Source of the DNA: Acidaminococcales bacterium
Lineage (GTDB): Bacteria; Bacillota; Negativicutes; Acidaminococcales; JAISLQ01
DNA length: 64,000 nt
Reading direction: 5' to 3'
Assembly (NCBI GenBank): GCA_031552765.1
Contig: JAVBME010000025.1
Span: 3,270 to 67,269 of the forward strand
Shown here piece after piece: positions 28,011-36,475 of the stretch. Position numbers and translations under genes: made by a program. Position 1 is the stretch's first letter. Every line of letters begins with the position of its first letter. Under the pieces are notes generated by a model, which searched no databases, had not been told where the DNA came from, and saw nothing but the letters and a program-made list of their open reading frames with translations.

Positions 28011-28073
28011 CAGCTTCCCTCACCGGAGACAGCATTATATAGCATAAAAAGTCCTAATAAACAGATATAAATC

Positions 28074-28097
28074 AGGTGGCCGAATAATCAGCCACCT
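28074..28097 (-). terminator. Hairpin downstream of tolC (weak intrinsic terminator candidate)
   Basis: AGGTGGC / GCCACCT stem with a 10-nt loop. The minus-strand downstream sequence is GATTTATATCTGT, a poor U-tract. Confidence 0.4.
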
Positions 28098-28106
28098 AAA
28101 TAGTTG

Positions 28107-29429
28107 TTAGTTTTTAGCCGGAGCCGTATTGATGTTGCTGGCTGGAACAACCGGTACGCCCATGGCTTTCTCGAGGTTGGCCCATGAAGTATTGTAATCA
28201 TAAAGAGCTTGCACATAGTTAGTTTGCGCTTTAGTCAGTGCGACCTGGGCGTCGAGGACGTCGGTATTGGTGCCGACGCCGGCCTGGTAACGCACCTGCG
28301 CTATCTTATAGTCTTCTTTGGCTTTTTCTACGGTGACTGAAGCAGTATATATACGCTTTTCCGCTTCGCGCAAGCTAAGGTAGTCGCTACGAACTTCGAG
28401 GAAAACCCCGTCCCTGGTCTGGCGGTATTGGGCCTCACGCTGTGATAGCATGCCCTGAGCCGCATCTACTGAACCGCGGGTCGTATTGGAATCAAAAATA
28501 TTGAAGTTTACTGTTGCGTTTATGCTCCAGTTGGATTTTTCATCGCCGGGGAATTTATCTTTATCCCAGCCATGCTGAGCTCCTATGCTGATTTGCGGTA
28601 TATAACCGGCGCGCGCCGCTCTTATTTCACTCTTGGCCGCATCCACACGCTTAGCCGCCTGGGATATCTCCGGGCGGTTTATCTGGGCAAAAGAGAGGCA
28701 ATCCGGAAGATTTTTATTATATTCAGAATAACCAAGGTCATCGCTTACGACAAGTTCCGTATCTAAAGGCAGGCCAATAATATTGTTTATATTAGCCAAT
28801 GCTATTTCATAGTTATTTTCAGCTTTTATGAGTTCCTGCTGGGCATCGGCCAGTTCAACTTCCGAACGCAGGACATCGGCTTTGGCCACAGTACCCACTT
28901 CATATTGCGCCTGAACATTTTTCAGGTGAAATTCCAAGCGCTCCACCGATTCCCTGTTGAGGTTCACCATGTTCTTGGTCTGCAAAACGTCATAATAGCC
29001 GTTAGTAGCATCCAGTTTGACTTCCTGGTCGGTACGGCCTATTTCCAGCTGCGCTATCTCCACCTGCCGCCTGCTGGCATCAACGCTGCCTTTTCTCTTA
29101 CCGCCCGTATATACGGGCATAGAAAAAGTAGCCACATTATTGAAGTTGTCGTCCACACTGTTATTTAAGGCCGACTGGTAGTTTTGGCTGCGCGTATCCC
29201 GGTGCTGAAAGGATATTTGCGGACCAAAGCTGCCTATTACACGTTTTTTTACACCCAGGGCATTTTGCAGATTGCCATCGGCGATAGCTGTCTTAGGATT
29301 GTTCGCCAGCGCCATTTGTATAGCTCTGTCCAAGTTCAAAGCGATCGGATCCGCCAAGGCCGGCTGGCTGAAAAAAAGTGTTCCACAAAACACCGCCGCT
29401 AAACAGCAGGATTTATATTTAATATGCAT
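28107..29429 (-). CDS. tolC: TolC-family outer membrane efflux channel
   Basis: Signal peptide ...FFSQPALA. It has the two-repeat OEP architecture with coiled-coil segments (LDRAIQMALANNP, YDYNTSWANLEKAMG). Preferred ATG at 29429 (MHIKYKS) has an AAGGAGG RBS. Confidence 0.88.
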   Translation of the reverse strand: MHIKYKSCCLAAVFCGTLFFSQPALADPIALNLDRAIQMALANNPKTAIADGNLQNALGVKKRVIGSFGPQISFQHRDTRSQNYQSALNNSVDDNFNNVATFSMPVYTGGKRKGSVDASRRQVEIAQLEIGRTDQEVKLDATNGYYDVLQTKNMVNLNRESVERLEFHLKNVQAQYEVGTVAKADVLRSEVELADAQQELIKAENNYEIALANINNIIGLPLDTELVVSDDLGYSEYNKNLPDCLSFAQINRPEISQAAKRVDAAKSEIRAARAGYIPQISIGAQHGWDKDKFPGDEKSNWSINATVNFNIFDSNTTRGSVDAAQGMLSQREAQYRQTRDGVFLEVRSDYLSLREAEKRIYTASVTVEKAKEDYKIAQVRYQAGVGTNTDVLDAQVALTKAQTNYVQALYDYNTSWANLEKAMGVPVVPASNINTAPAKN

Positions 29430-29477
29430 GACAAAAAGCCTCCTTAGTACCCAATTGCAACGCAATCTGCTGAACTT

Positions 29478-29506
29478 ATTATATTAAGCCTGGTAAAACA
29501 TGTCAA
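29478..29506 (-). promoter_or_regulatory. Consensus sigma-70-type promoter upstream of tolC
   Basis: The minus strand reads TTGACA (29506..29501), a 17-nt spacer, then TATAAT (29483..29478). This lies ~50 nt upstream of the tolC ATG and directly after the mlaD stop. Confidence 0.65.
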
Positions 29507-29544
29507 CAAAATGCCGGTGACAAGATTGTAACAAATTTGTGTCA

Positions 29545-30819
29545 TTAAAAATAGCCCCTTATGCCTAAATATGCGCTATCTGAAGCGTTCTTTCTAACAT
29601 CAAGGCTTTCCCCCACCAGAGAAATGCGGTCAGTGAGCCGTATCTCACCACCAACACGCACTTTGAAATTATTGGGGTCATAAGCATCGGCAGAAAACCT
29701 AAGCCATTTCAGCGGGGCAAAATCCACCCCGGCGCCGACTTCACCAAGGATCAGGCCTGCCCTTATACCGGCATAATCATTCCCTTTCCCGTATTGCAGG
29801 TTAAAATCATTCCCCTCACCGATATCCGACACCCCCAGCAGGAAAAAATCCCTTTTGGAAGGAGCAATGCGTAAATTGGCGTCCACTCTGTATTTATCCG
29901 GTTTGTCGCCATATTTTATATCAAGCGCGGGAGTCACTTTTATTTCGCCTACGCGTCCCAGTATCTTGTTGGCTTTTTCGCTGGCTTCCCGGGCATTTTT
30001 TATCGTTACCTGTATATCGTCTTTGGTTTTGGGGTCTCCGGTCACAGTCTCGATGCTTTTGGTTATTTTCTCTATATTGGCGCTGGCCTCTTTCAAGTTG
30101 TGCAAAGTAGCGATGACTTCCCGGCTGGTCTGCCCGTTATTGTCGATATCGCGCAGCATAGTATCCATGCGCCCAGCTACGCTGTTCATATGTATAGACA
30201 TCTGGTTGAACTGCTGGACCATATTATCAAGTTCCGCCTGGTTATGCCCTGCTACCTCGGCAAACACCCGGCTGAGCTCTTTTATGCTGTCCGTTATTTC
30301 TTTGGCATTTATAACAGTTCCTTTTATGGAAGTCTGTACATCCTTATCGGCAAAAATCGAATTGACCGCATCGGCCATGGTTTCCAGTTTGTGCAAAACA
30401 TTAGTGCCGGCGGCCAGGAAACTGTCCACACTTGCGCCATAGGCTCCGGCGACTTCAGCGCCCGGTTTTATATATTCCCCGGTTATCTGCTCCGGCGGGT
30501 CTATATCTATAAACATGCCGCCCATCATTCCCTCAGAGCCCAATAAGAAATTCGAGCCCACGGGTATTTTCAGCTCTTTTTTAATAGATACTATTACTTT
30601 TACGGAATTGCCAAAGACTTCGAGTTTTTCAACTTTGCCTACCGGTACGCCGACGTAATTTACTATATTCCCTTTTTTAAGTCCGGAAGCCCTGCTGTAT
30701 TTTATCGTCAAGTCATAGCTGTTGGTAGACAAACTGAATACCCCCAAAAAGGTAACTATACCCATCAATAAAACGATACCTGCCAGTACAAGCGCACCTA
30801 CTTTGGTTTCGTTATTCAT
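29545..30819 (-). CDS. mlaD: MlaD (MCE-domain) protein with a long C-terminal helical and beta-rich extension
   Basis: Preferred start is MNNETKVGALVLAGIVLLMGIV at 30819, overlapping the mlaF stop as ATGAATAA. It has a TM anchor and an MCE domain (GLKKGNIVNYVGVPVGKVEKLEV). About 150 helical residues follow, then ~130 beta-rich residues ending AYLGIRGYF. Confidence 0.85.
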   Translation of the reverse strand: MNNETKVGALVLAGIVLLMGIVTFLGVFSLSTNSYDLTIKYSRASGLKKGNIVNYVGVPVGKVEKLEVFGNSVKVIVSIKKELKIPVGSNFLLGSEGMMGGMFIDIDPPEQITGEYIKPGAEVAGAYGASVDSFLAAGTNVLHKLETMADAVNSIFADKDVQTSIKGTVINAKEITDSIKELSRVFAEVAGHNQAELDNMVQQFNQMSIHMNSVAGRMDTMLRDIDNNGQTSREVIATLHNLKEASANIEKITKSIETVTGDPKTKDDIQVTIKNAREASEKANKILGRVGEIKVTPALDIKYGDKPDKYRVDANLRIAPSKRDFFLLGVSDIGEGNDFNLQYGKGNDYAGIRAGLILGEVGAGVDFAPLKWLRFSADAYDPNNFKVRVGGEIRLTDRISLVGESLDVRKNASDSAYLGIRGYF

Positions 30820-31603
30820 CGACCTGGCTCCTTTCTGGTTGTATGCACAAATCTTTCGATACTTTGCGGACAAATTTCTTCACTACCGGATGGTCGCATT
30901 CCAGTATCTCTTGCGGAGTACCGCGGGCAATTATCACGCCCTCTGCTATCATTGCTATTTTATCCGCCACACGGAAGGCCGATTCCATATCGTGCGTCAC
31001 AAGTACGGAAGTCATGGCCAGCCGTTTTTTTGTTTCGACCATCAAATCGTCAATAACGTCGGACATAACAGGATCAAGGCCCGCAGTAGGCTCGTCATAC
31101 AAAAGGATCTTGGGCCTTGGAGCAATCGCCCTCGCCAGGCTTACCCGCTTTTTCATGCCGCCGGACAACTCATTCGGCATATAGTGGGAGTAGCCGGCCA
31201 GTCCGACCAGTTCCAGCGCCCTTTCCACCGTTTCACGTATCTCTTTTTCATTCTTATTTGTCCTGCGCCTTAAGCCAAAGGCTACATTTTCGCCGACGGA
31301 CATTGAATCGAACAAAGCGGAATATTGAAAGACCATGCCCATGTTTTTGCGCAGCGCATTCCACTGGTTTTCATCATATTTTTCCACCCGCTGCCCGTCG
31401 ATGATAATTTCACCGCCGGTCGGCTGCGACAGCCCGATCAGCATGCGCAAAAGAGTGCTTTTGCCTGAACCGCTGGGTCCAATAATGCCCAGCACCTTAC
31501 CGGCCGCTATCTCCAGATTAATGCCGTCCAGCACTTTTCTTTCCCCATATGCCATTTGCACATCTATCATCTGTATCGCTGCCGTTTGCATCAGCGCCTC
31601 CAT
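30812..31603 (-). CDS. mlaF: Mla-type ABC transporter ATP-binding protein
   Basis: Walker A GPSGSGKST, signature LSGGMKKRV and Walker B ILLYDEPTAGLD. The start shares one nucleotide with the mlaE stop (TGATG). Confidence 0.88.
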   Translation of the reverse strand: MEALMQTAAIQMIDVQMAYGERKVLDGINLEIAAGKVLGIIGPSGSGKSTLLRMLIGLSQPTGGEIIIDGQRVEKYDENQWNALRKNMGMVFQYSALFDSMSVGENVAFGLRRRTNKNEKEIRETVERALELVGLAGYSHYMPNELSGGMKKRVSLARAIAPRPKILLYDEPTAGLDPVMSDVIDDLMVETKKRLAMTSVLVTHDMESAFRVADKIAMIAEGVIIARGTPQEILECDHPVVKKFVRKVSKDLCIQPERSQVDE

Positions 31604-32379
31604 CAGTTCACGTATAGAACAACCGAAAGGAAATAATTGCTGATAAAAATCAGTATTATAGATAATACGACCGAATTTGTAGTAGAAATACCTACGCCCT
31701 CAGCTCCCGCAACTGTCGTCAGGCCTTTATGACAGCCGATAAGCGCTATTATCCCGCCAAAAAACATACATTTTATCAGGCCGCCGATTATATCAAAAGG
31801 CTCGCAAAAGGTTTTTATCGAATTAAGGTAAGCGCTGGACGTAATACCAGCATACATGTCGGCTACCAAAAAACCGCCCCACGAACCTATGACATTGGCA
31901 AAAACACCCAGAATCGGCACAGTTAAAACACAGGCCCAAAACCGGGGCACAACAAGGTAATTGATCGGGCTGACCGCCATGACCCGCAAGGCGTCTATCT
32001 GTTCAGTCACTTTCATGCTGCCTATTTCCGCGGTGATCGCGGCCCCCACCCTGCCGGCCACGACAATGCCCACCAGTATGGGCACCAGTTCGCGCCCCAT
32101 GGCAATAGTCACTATTCCGCCAACAGAGTCCGCCGCGCCGAGTTTTACAAATTCTTTCGCTGTCTGCACGGCAAACACCATGCCTGCCGTCATCGTAGTT
32201 ATCAAAACTATGGGCAGTGAGTCTGCGCCAAGTCTGGCCATTTGTTTTATTGTCTCGGCAATATCGGCTTTATTAAGACGCTTTAGGGTTTCCCATAGCA
32301 AAAGCGCTATGCGCCCTGCACTTGTACTTTTCGCTATAGTCCAGCGGCCCAACCAAGCCACTGCGGAAAATAACTTCAT
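31603..32379 (-). CDS. mlaE: Mla-type ABC transporter permease
   Basis: MlaE/YrbE-like polytopic membrane protein (EQIDALRVMAVSPI motif). Preferred ATG is at 32379 (MKLFSAVAW), with an AGGAGG RBS 6 nt upstream; the ORF-track start is 32403. Confidence 0.85.
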   Translation of the reverse strand: MKLFSAVAWLGRWTIAKSTSAGRIALLLWETLKRLNKADIAETIKQMARLGADSLPIVLITTMTAGMVFAVQTAKEFVKLGAADSVGGIVTIAMGRELVPILVGIVVAGRVGAAITAEIGSMKVTEQIDALRVMAVSPINYLVVPRFWACVLTVPILGVFANVIGSWGGFLVADMYAGITSSAYLNSIKTFCEPFDIIGGLIKCMFFGGIIALIGCHKGLTTVAGAEGVGISTTNSVVLSIILIFISNYFLSVVLYVN

Positions 32380-32487
32380 GGCCGACCTCCTGAAATCTAG
32401 CATCCAAATATAATTATTCCATATAAAAAATTTTTTACCTGCTATTTGATAGTGAATTTATTTATATCAAACTGTCAGTTCTAACTA

Positions 32488-32529
32488 AAGAAAGAAAAAA
32501 CATAGCCGGATATACCCTATCCGGCTATG
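32488..32529 (-). terminator. Bidirectional-looking intrinsic terminator after the S55-like peptidase gene
   Basis: Stem CATAGCCGGATA / TATCCGGCTATG at 32501..32529. T-runs flank both strands: TTTTTTCTTTCTTT on the minus strand and TTTTTTT on the plus strand. Confidence 0.7.
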
Positions 32530-32535
32530 TTTTTT

Positions 32536-34566
32536 TCAGCCGTCAATACCTATTGTTTCCTGAACGTTTACTATCTCTACACTGGTGACAGTTTCACCGG
32601 TCACTATCTGGTATACCGGGGTATTGGTCTTATATTTACTGCCTCTGACAAATTCGTTTATCTGCTGTTCTTTTACTGCGGAAGGGACTGTTCCGGCATT
32701 TTTTTTGCCGTTTTTACTGGCAGGTCCTTTGTCTGTAGTGCCATATAAAAGGTCGACTACTACGTCATGGTTACAATCTCTTTTATTAAATTCATCGATC
32801 TCTTCGGCAAAAGTTTTATTTTTGTCGGTATCCTGCCTGAGCAGTACGGCCGCTTCAGCTAACTGCTGCTGCTGCACTACATTTTGCAGGCCGGCCAAAG
32901 AGGTGCCCCCTCTTATCATCAGCGGCATAGTGCCTTCTTCTTGCTCTTTTGGCACGGTGAAATGAACTACTTTGGTGAATTTATCACCGCGGTAGGGCTG
33001 CAAAGTTACTTCTATCCCGATAGTATCGCCGGGATTAGCCTTTTCCGCCAACGGGCGGGCGGAAAGAATGGTCGCGGTATTGCGCTGGTCGGTTATCTCT
33101 ATTTGCACATCTATGTCTGTCAAAGATACCGGATAGTAGCGGTTTCTAGTCAAAAGACGCAGGCCAGCCGCCAGTTCGCTCGTCAGCGATTCCGTTATAT
33201 TGCGTGAACTGTAAAACATATTTTCCCGTTTTATTTCCCGCCCATCAGGCAGGTCGGCAGCCCGGACGGTAAATTTTATCACAGCCGTCCCTTCGCCTTT
33301 TCTGTCCACAGTACGGTCTATTATGCTCACCGCCGCCGCCTCGGCCAAGGCCGGAGAAAATATCTCGTCATTCACTATTTGTACGGTAGACGATTTGTGT
33401 ATGCCGCGGGTAAAATCGCTGACCGTTATGAGCATGGGCACGACATCCGGATAAGTCCCTATTTTACCGCTAACGCCGGATCCACGGTCCTGCATGACCG
33501 TACCGAGCATTTTACCGGACGCGCCGACCTTAAAAGCGCTGTTGATAGAACTTACAGTAGTAAATGTCCAGGCATTGCTCAAAAAATAGTTTACACTGCC
33601 GCGCTTGGTAAACGGATGCCCGAAAGCAAGCACTTCGTCGCCATCCACCCAGGTCACCGTACCTAAAACGCCAAGGCTCATATCGCCGCGGATAAGTTCA
33701 ACGCTTACTGCGCTTCCCGGCTCCAGTTTTATATCTGCCGTACCGTAAGGCGCTTCCCCTACGGAATAAGGCACTATGTCAAATTCTTTTAACTGTTGTC
33801 GCAAGATTTCGAGGCCCTGCGCGCTAAACCCGCGCGCCATCAACGGCGTGGCTTTAGGTTTAGGGTTTGCCGGAGGCAGATAGGTATCGGCTGCGGCATT
33901 GTCTTTTTTAGCAACACTGCCGTCATCTATATTTGATCCTGTTTCGCCTTTTTTACTGTCGGTGTTTTTATTTTTCTTAGCGGTTTTCTTTGTTTTTTCA
34001 GGGTCTTTAGCACTGTCGGCATCTTTACCTTTGTCGCCGGCAGCATCCTTTTTTTCTTGCTCGCGCTCTTTAGTGAGTTTGGTTATTTCCGCATTGTCTT
34101 CAGCTCTTTGCCGTGCGGCTTTTTCCGCCTTACGCTTTTCTTTTTTCGCCACTTCTATGCGCATATCCTCGGATATTTTTAGCATTTCCGCAATAGGGGT
34201 GAGCATACATATCCGGGGGTCGGAAAGGTTCCAGCCAAAAGCCACGGCGCCGGCAAGTTTCCCGTTAAAGAAAACCGGGCTGCCGCTCATGCCCTGCGCC
34301 ACTCCGCCTGCGCGGTCTATGGCATCGCCATACAAGCGCACCAGTATCAGATCCCCGCCGGTACTGCCGGAATTTTTCATGACGCCGATGACTTTTACCT
34401 GGAATTCTTCTATCTTGCTGCCGGAAATCACTGTTTTGCCAATACCTACCATGCCTTCTGAAAGCTGGTCTGTCGTTATTATCTCAGGCGGCGCAGCCAT
34501 GCCGGCAGGACAATAAACCAGCAAAAGCAAAAGGACGCAAACACCAAGAATCCTGCTAAATTTCAA
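32536..34566 (-). CDS. Exported peptidase S55 (SpoIVB-like) domain protein with a charged low-complexity insert and a large C-terminal region
   Basis: GVAQGMSGSPVFFNGKLAGAV matches the SpoIVB catalytic-Ser motif (from memory). LGTVTWVDGDEVLAFGHPF resembles the His motif. A K/E/D-rich insert spans ~residues 145-235. Probable TTG start at 34566 follows GGGTGG; the ORF-track start is 34596. Confidence 0.7.
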   Translation of the reverse strand: MKFSRILGVCVLLLLLVYCPAGMAAPPEIITTDQLSEGMVGIGKTVISGSKIEEFQVKVIGVMKNSGSTGGDLILVRLYGDAIDRAGGVAQGMSGSPVFFNGKLAGAVAFGWNLSDPRICMLTPIAEMLKISEDMRIEVAKKEKRKAEKAARQRAEDNAEITKLTKEREQEKKDAAGDKGKDADSAKDPEKTKKTAKKNKNTDSKKGETGSNIDDGSVAKKDNAAADTYLPPANPKPKATPLMARGFSAQGLEILRQQLKEFDIVPYSVGEAPYGTADIKLEPGSAVSVELIRGDMSLGVLGTVTWVDGDEVLAFGHPFTKRGSVNYFLSNAWTFTTVSSINSAFKVGASGKMLGTVMQDRGSGVSGKIGTYPDVVPMLITVSDFTRGIHKSSTVQIVNDEIFSPALAEAAAVSIIDRTVDRKGEGTAVIKFTVRAADLPDGREIKRENMFYSSRNITESLTSELAAGLRLLTRNRYYPVSLTDIDVQIEITDQRNTATILSARPLAEKANPGDTIGIEVTLQPYRGDKFTKVVHFTVPKEQEEGTMPLMIRGGTSLAGLQNVVQQQQLAEAAVLLRQDTDKNKTFAEEIDEFNKRDCNHDVVVDLLYGTTDKGPASKNGKKNAGTVPSAVKEQQINEFVRGSKYKTNTPVYQIVTGETVTSVEIVNVQETIGIDG

Positions 34567-34600
34567 AGTAACCACCCTTTCTTGATAATAACACACATAA

Positions 34601-34654
34601 CCGGGCGCAGGATGTTATATCCGCAACATCCGTTGCCCGGCTATGCTTTTTTTT
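34601..34654. other. Two-part hairpin followed by T8 on the plus strand (A8 precedes it on the coding minus strand)
   Basis: CCGGGC..GGATGTT-loop-AACATCC..GCCCGG at 34601..34640, then CTATGC, then TTTTTTTT at 34647..34654. It lies between the 101-aa gene and the S55-like gene. Confidence 0.35.
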
Positions 34655-34661
34655 CACTGAT

Positions 34662-34967
34662 TTATCTGGCGGATTGTATTTTAGCAACCGCCTGTCCGCT
34701 TACGATTTTGTCACCAGGCGCTACCAGCACCTCTAGCACCGTACCGTCCGTATTGGCCCTGGCGGCAGGCGCCGGGCCGGCAACACTATTTATATACACC
34801 AGTACCTGGCCTTCTTTAACTACTGCTCCTGTTTTTACCAGGTTGTTTGCACTCACCGTACCATTCAAAGTACTGGTCTGCACTACGATCGATGCGGCGT
34901 AGGCCCAGGCGGCAAAAGAAAGCGCAACCGCCAGTGTCAAGATCATGATACGTTTTGAACGCAACAT
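34662..34967 (-). CDS. Small exported protein with a biotinyl/lipoyl-like (barrel-sandwich hybrid) sequence pattern
   Basis: The ATG at 34967 follows a GAGGTGG RBS. Signal peptide is ...ALSFAAWAYA. Two half-repeats are present: GTVSANNLVKTGAVVKEGQVLVYI and GTVLEVLVAPGDKIVSGQAVAKI. There is no E-A-M-K-M biotinylation motif. Confidence 0.55.
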   Translation of the reverse strand: MLRSKRIMILTLAVALSFAAWAYAASIVVQTSTLNGTVSANNLVKTGAVVKEGQVLVYINSVAGPAPAARANTDGTVLEVLVAPGDKIVSGQAVAKIQSAR

Positions 34968-35036
34968 AAAAACCACCTCTCTTTAGCTATATTATACTAG
35001 AAATTTGCAGTATAAACAAAAGAGATTTTTGTGAAA

Positions 35037-36443
35037 TTATTGTGACCTGGTAAATACGCCTAGACCGACGCTTATCCTTCTCTCCTGCCCGTCGGAAGGT
35101 CCGTTCATTATTTCCCCGCCGATCACCATTTCACTGGAACCGCCGCCATCGAGGTTCATCGCGTCAACCGCACCGGCAGCTATCATCTTTTCCGCCAGTT
35201 CCCCTAGTGTCAAGCCCCTGCTGGCGCTGCTGCGTCCATCGGCCACCAGCAACAGCACTTTGCCGTCTTTCGTGATACCGACCGCAGTACGCGGCGCCCG
35301 TCCCTGTGTTATATCAGGGGGAAAATTCTCCGTTTGTCCCGCCAGGGTCACCTTGCCGGCAGTCACCAGGCGCGGGCCGGCGCCCAGGACCATTTTTGCG
35401 CGGTCGCCTTTTTCGCCTAAAGTTTGTTTAAAAGTTACTTTTTCACCTATTGTCAAAGTTTTGAGAAAGTCGACCGCTTTACCGTGCCCGGAAAGAACAA
35501 AGCCGGCTTCTGGCAGCGGGCTGTTGCCCTTAGGGTTTATATTTACCACACAGCCTTTGCCGTCGATACTTACTTCATAACCATAGCTGTTGGTACCGGT
35601 GGCTGCGGCATATTCTTTATTATATACTATCAGTTCGTCGTTCAAGCGCTCGCGGTTGACGCCGCCAACCGTAAACCGGCTGCCGCCTGCGGACAGTTCG
35701 CCGCTATAGCTGACCGGCGTTATCTCCATCTTGCCGTCCGGATAGACTAGAAAAGCCGTCCTGCTCATTTTTTCACTGCTCACTATATTGCCGTTCAGTT
35801 TGAGATTGCCGATCACCCAGCCGTCCGTACCGAAATAGGATGCGTTTACCCCTGCGGCAGCCTTGCTCCGGGCTACGATATCTTTGAGCTTTTCACGCCC
35901 CACTACCTGTCCGGAAGCCATGGCCGGCCTTACTTCCCATTTTGCCGGGTCCACTTCCATTGTGTATATTTTTAAAGGCGCGCCATTTACCAACTCTTTA
36001 GACAAAACATACGTCAAGCCGGGCGCTACCAGCGTCTCTTCCTGACGCTGGTAATTTTTCATTACATCGACGACCAAACGCCAAGGGCCTTGCAGCAAGA
36101 AAGCTTTGTATTCGGTTTCTGTATTGAGCATTATATCGAGCAACAGTTTGTTCTTGTCTACAGTAAACAGTTTGGCCTGCCGAAAGACAGGGTCTGAGAG
36201 TATTATATCCTTTATATCTTTAGCGGTAGTAGCCACACCCAGGTCTACTACTACTCTTTTGCCAAATCCGGAAGATGCCTTAAAGTCGGGGGCGCCGCTG
36301 AGATCTACAACTATCCTCACTTTATCCGCCGAACTGCTGTAGCGTATTTTCTCCGCAGTCAGTTCGGCCGCATGTGCGCCCACAGGAAAAAATGATAGTA
36401 AGAACAGCACTATTATTAATTTATTCAAACAACGCAAAAACAT
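35037..36443 (-). CDS. Exported AMIN-domain protein fused to a phosphodiester glycosidase (DUF2233/NAGPA-like) domain
   Basis: Signal peptide, then an AMIN-like segment (IRYSSSADKVRIVVDLSGAPDFKA...WRLVVDV). The C-terminal domain carries ...TAVGITKDGKVLLLVADGR... and AMNLDGGGSS, typical of phosphodiester glycosidase family proteins. Confidence 0.7.
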   Translation of the reverse strand: MFLRCLNKLIIVLFLLSFFPVGAHAAELTAEKIRYSSSADKVRIVVDLSGAPDFKASSGFGKRVVVDLGVATTAKDIKDIILSDPVFRQAKLFTVDKNKLLLDIMLNTETEYKAFLLQGPWRLVVDVMKNYQRQEETLVAPGLTYVLSKELVNGAPLKIYTMEVDPAKWEVRPAMASGQVVGREKLKDIVARSKAAAGVNASYFGTDGWVIGNLKLNGNIVSSEKMSRTAFLVYPDGKMEITPVSYSGELSAGGSRFTVGGVNRERLNDELIVYNKEYAAATGTNSYGYEVSIDGKGCVVNINPKGNSPLPEAGFVLSGHGKAVDFLKTLTIGEKVTFKQTLGEKGDRAKMVLGAGPRLVTAGKVTLAGQTENFPPDITQGRAPRTAVGITKDGKVLLLVADGRSSASRGLTLGELAEKMIAAGAVDAMNLDGGGSSEMVIGGEIMNGPSDGQERRISVGLGVFTRSQ

Positions 36444-36475
36444 TTTCTTTCCTCCAAAGAGTTGACTATAAAATG

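Noticed and set aside
30344-30351. A perfect GCCGATAA (sigma-28 -10 consensus) on the minus strand inside mlaD. I also scanned for TAAA-N15-GCCGATAA upstream of flgF (41074..41179) and upstream of the 166-aa gene (22882..23018).
   Set aside because: No TAAA-like -35 lies at the right spacing for the mlaD site, and the site is intragenic. The flgF and 22882..23018 regions showed only weak partial matches (TTCGATAC, GTCGACTA), so no sigma-28 promoter is claimed.
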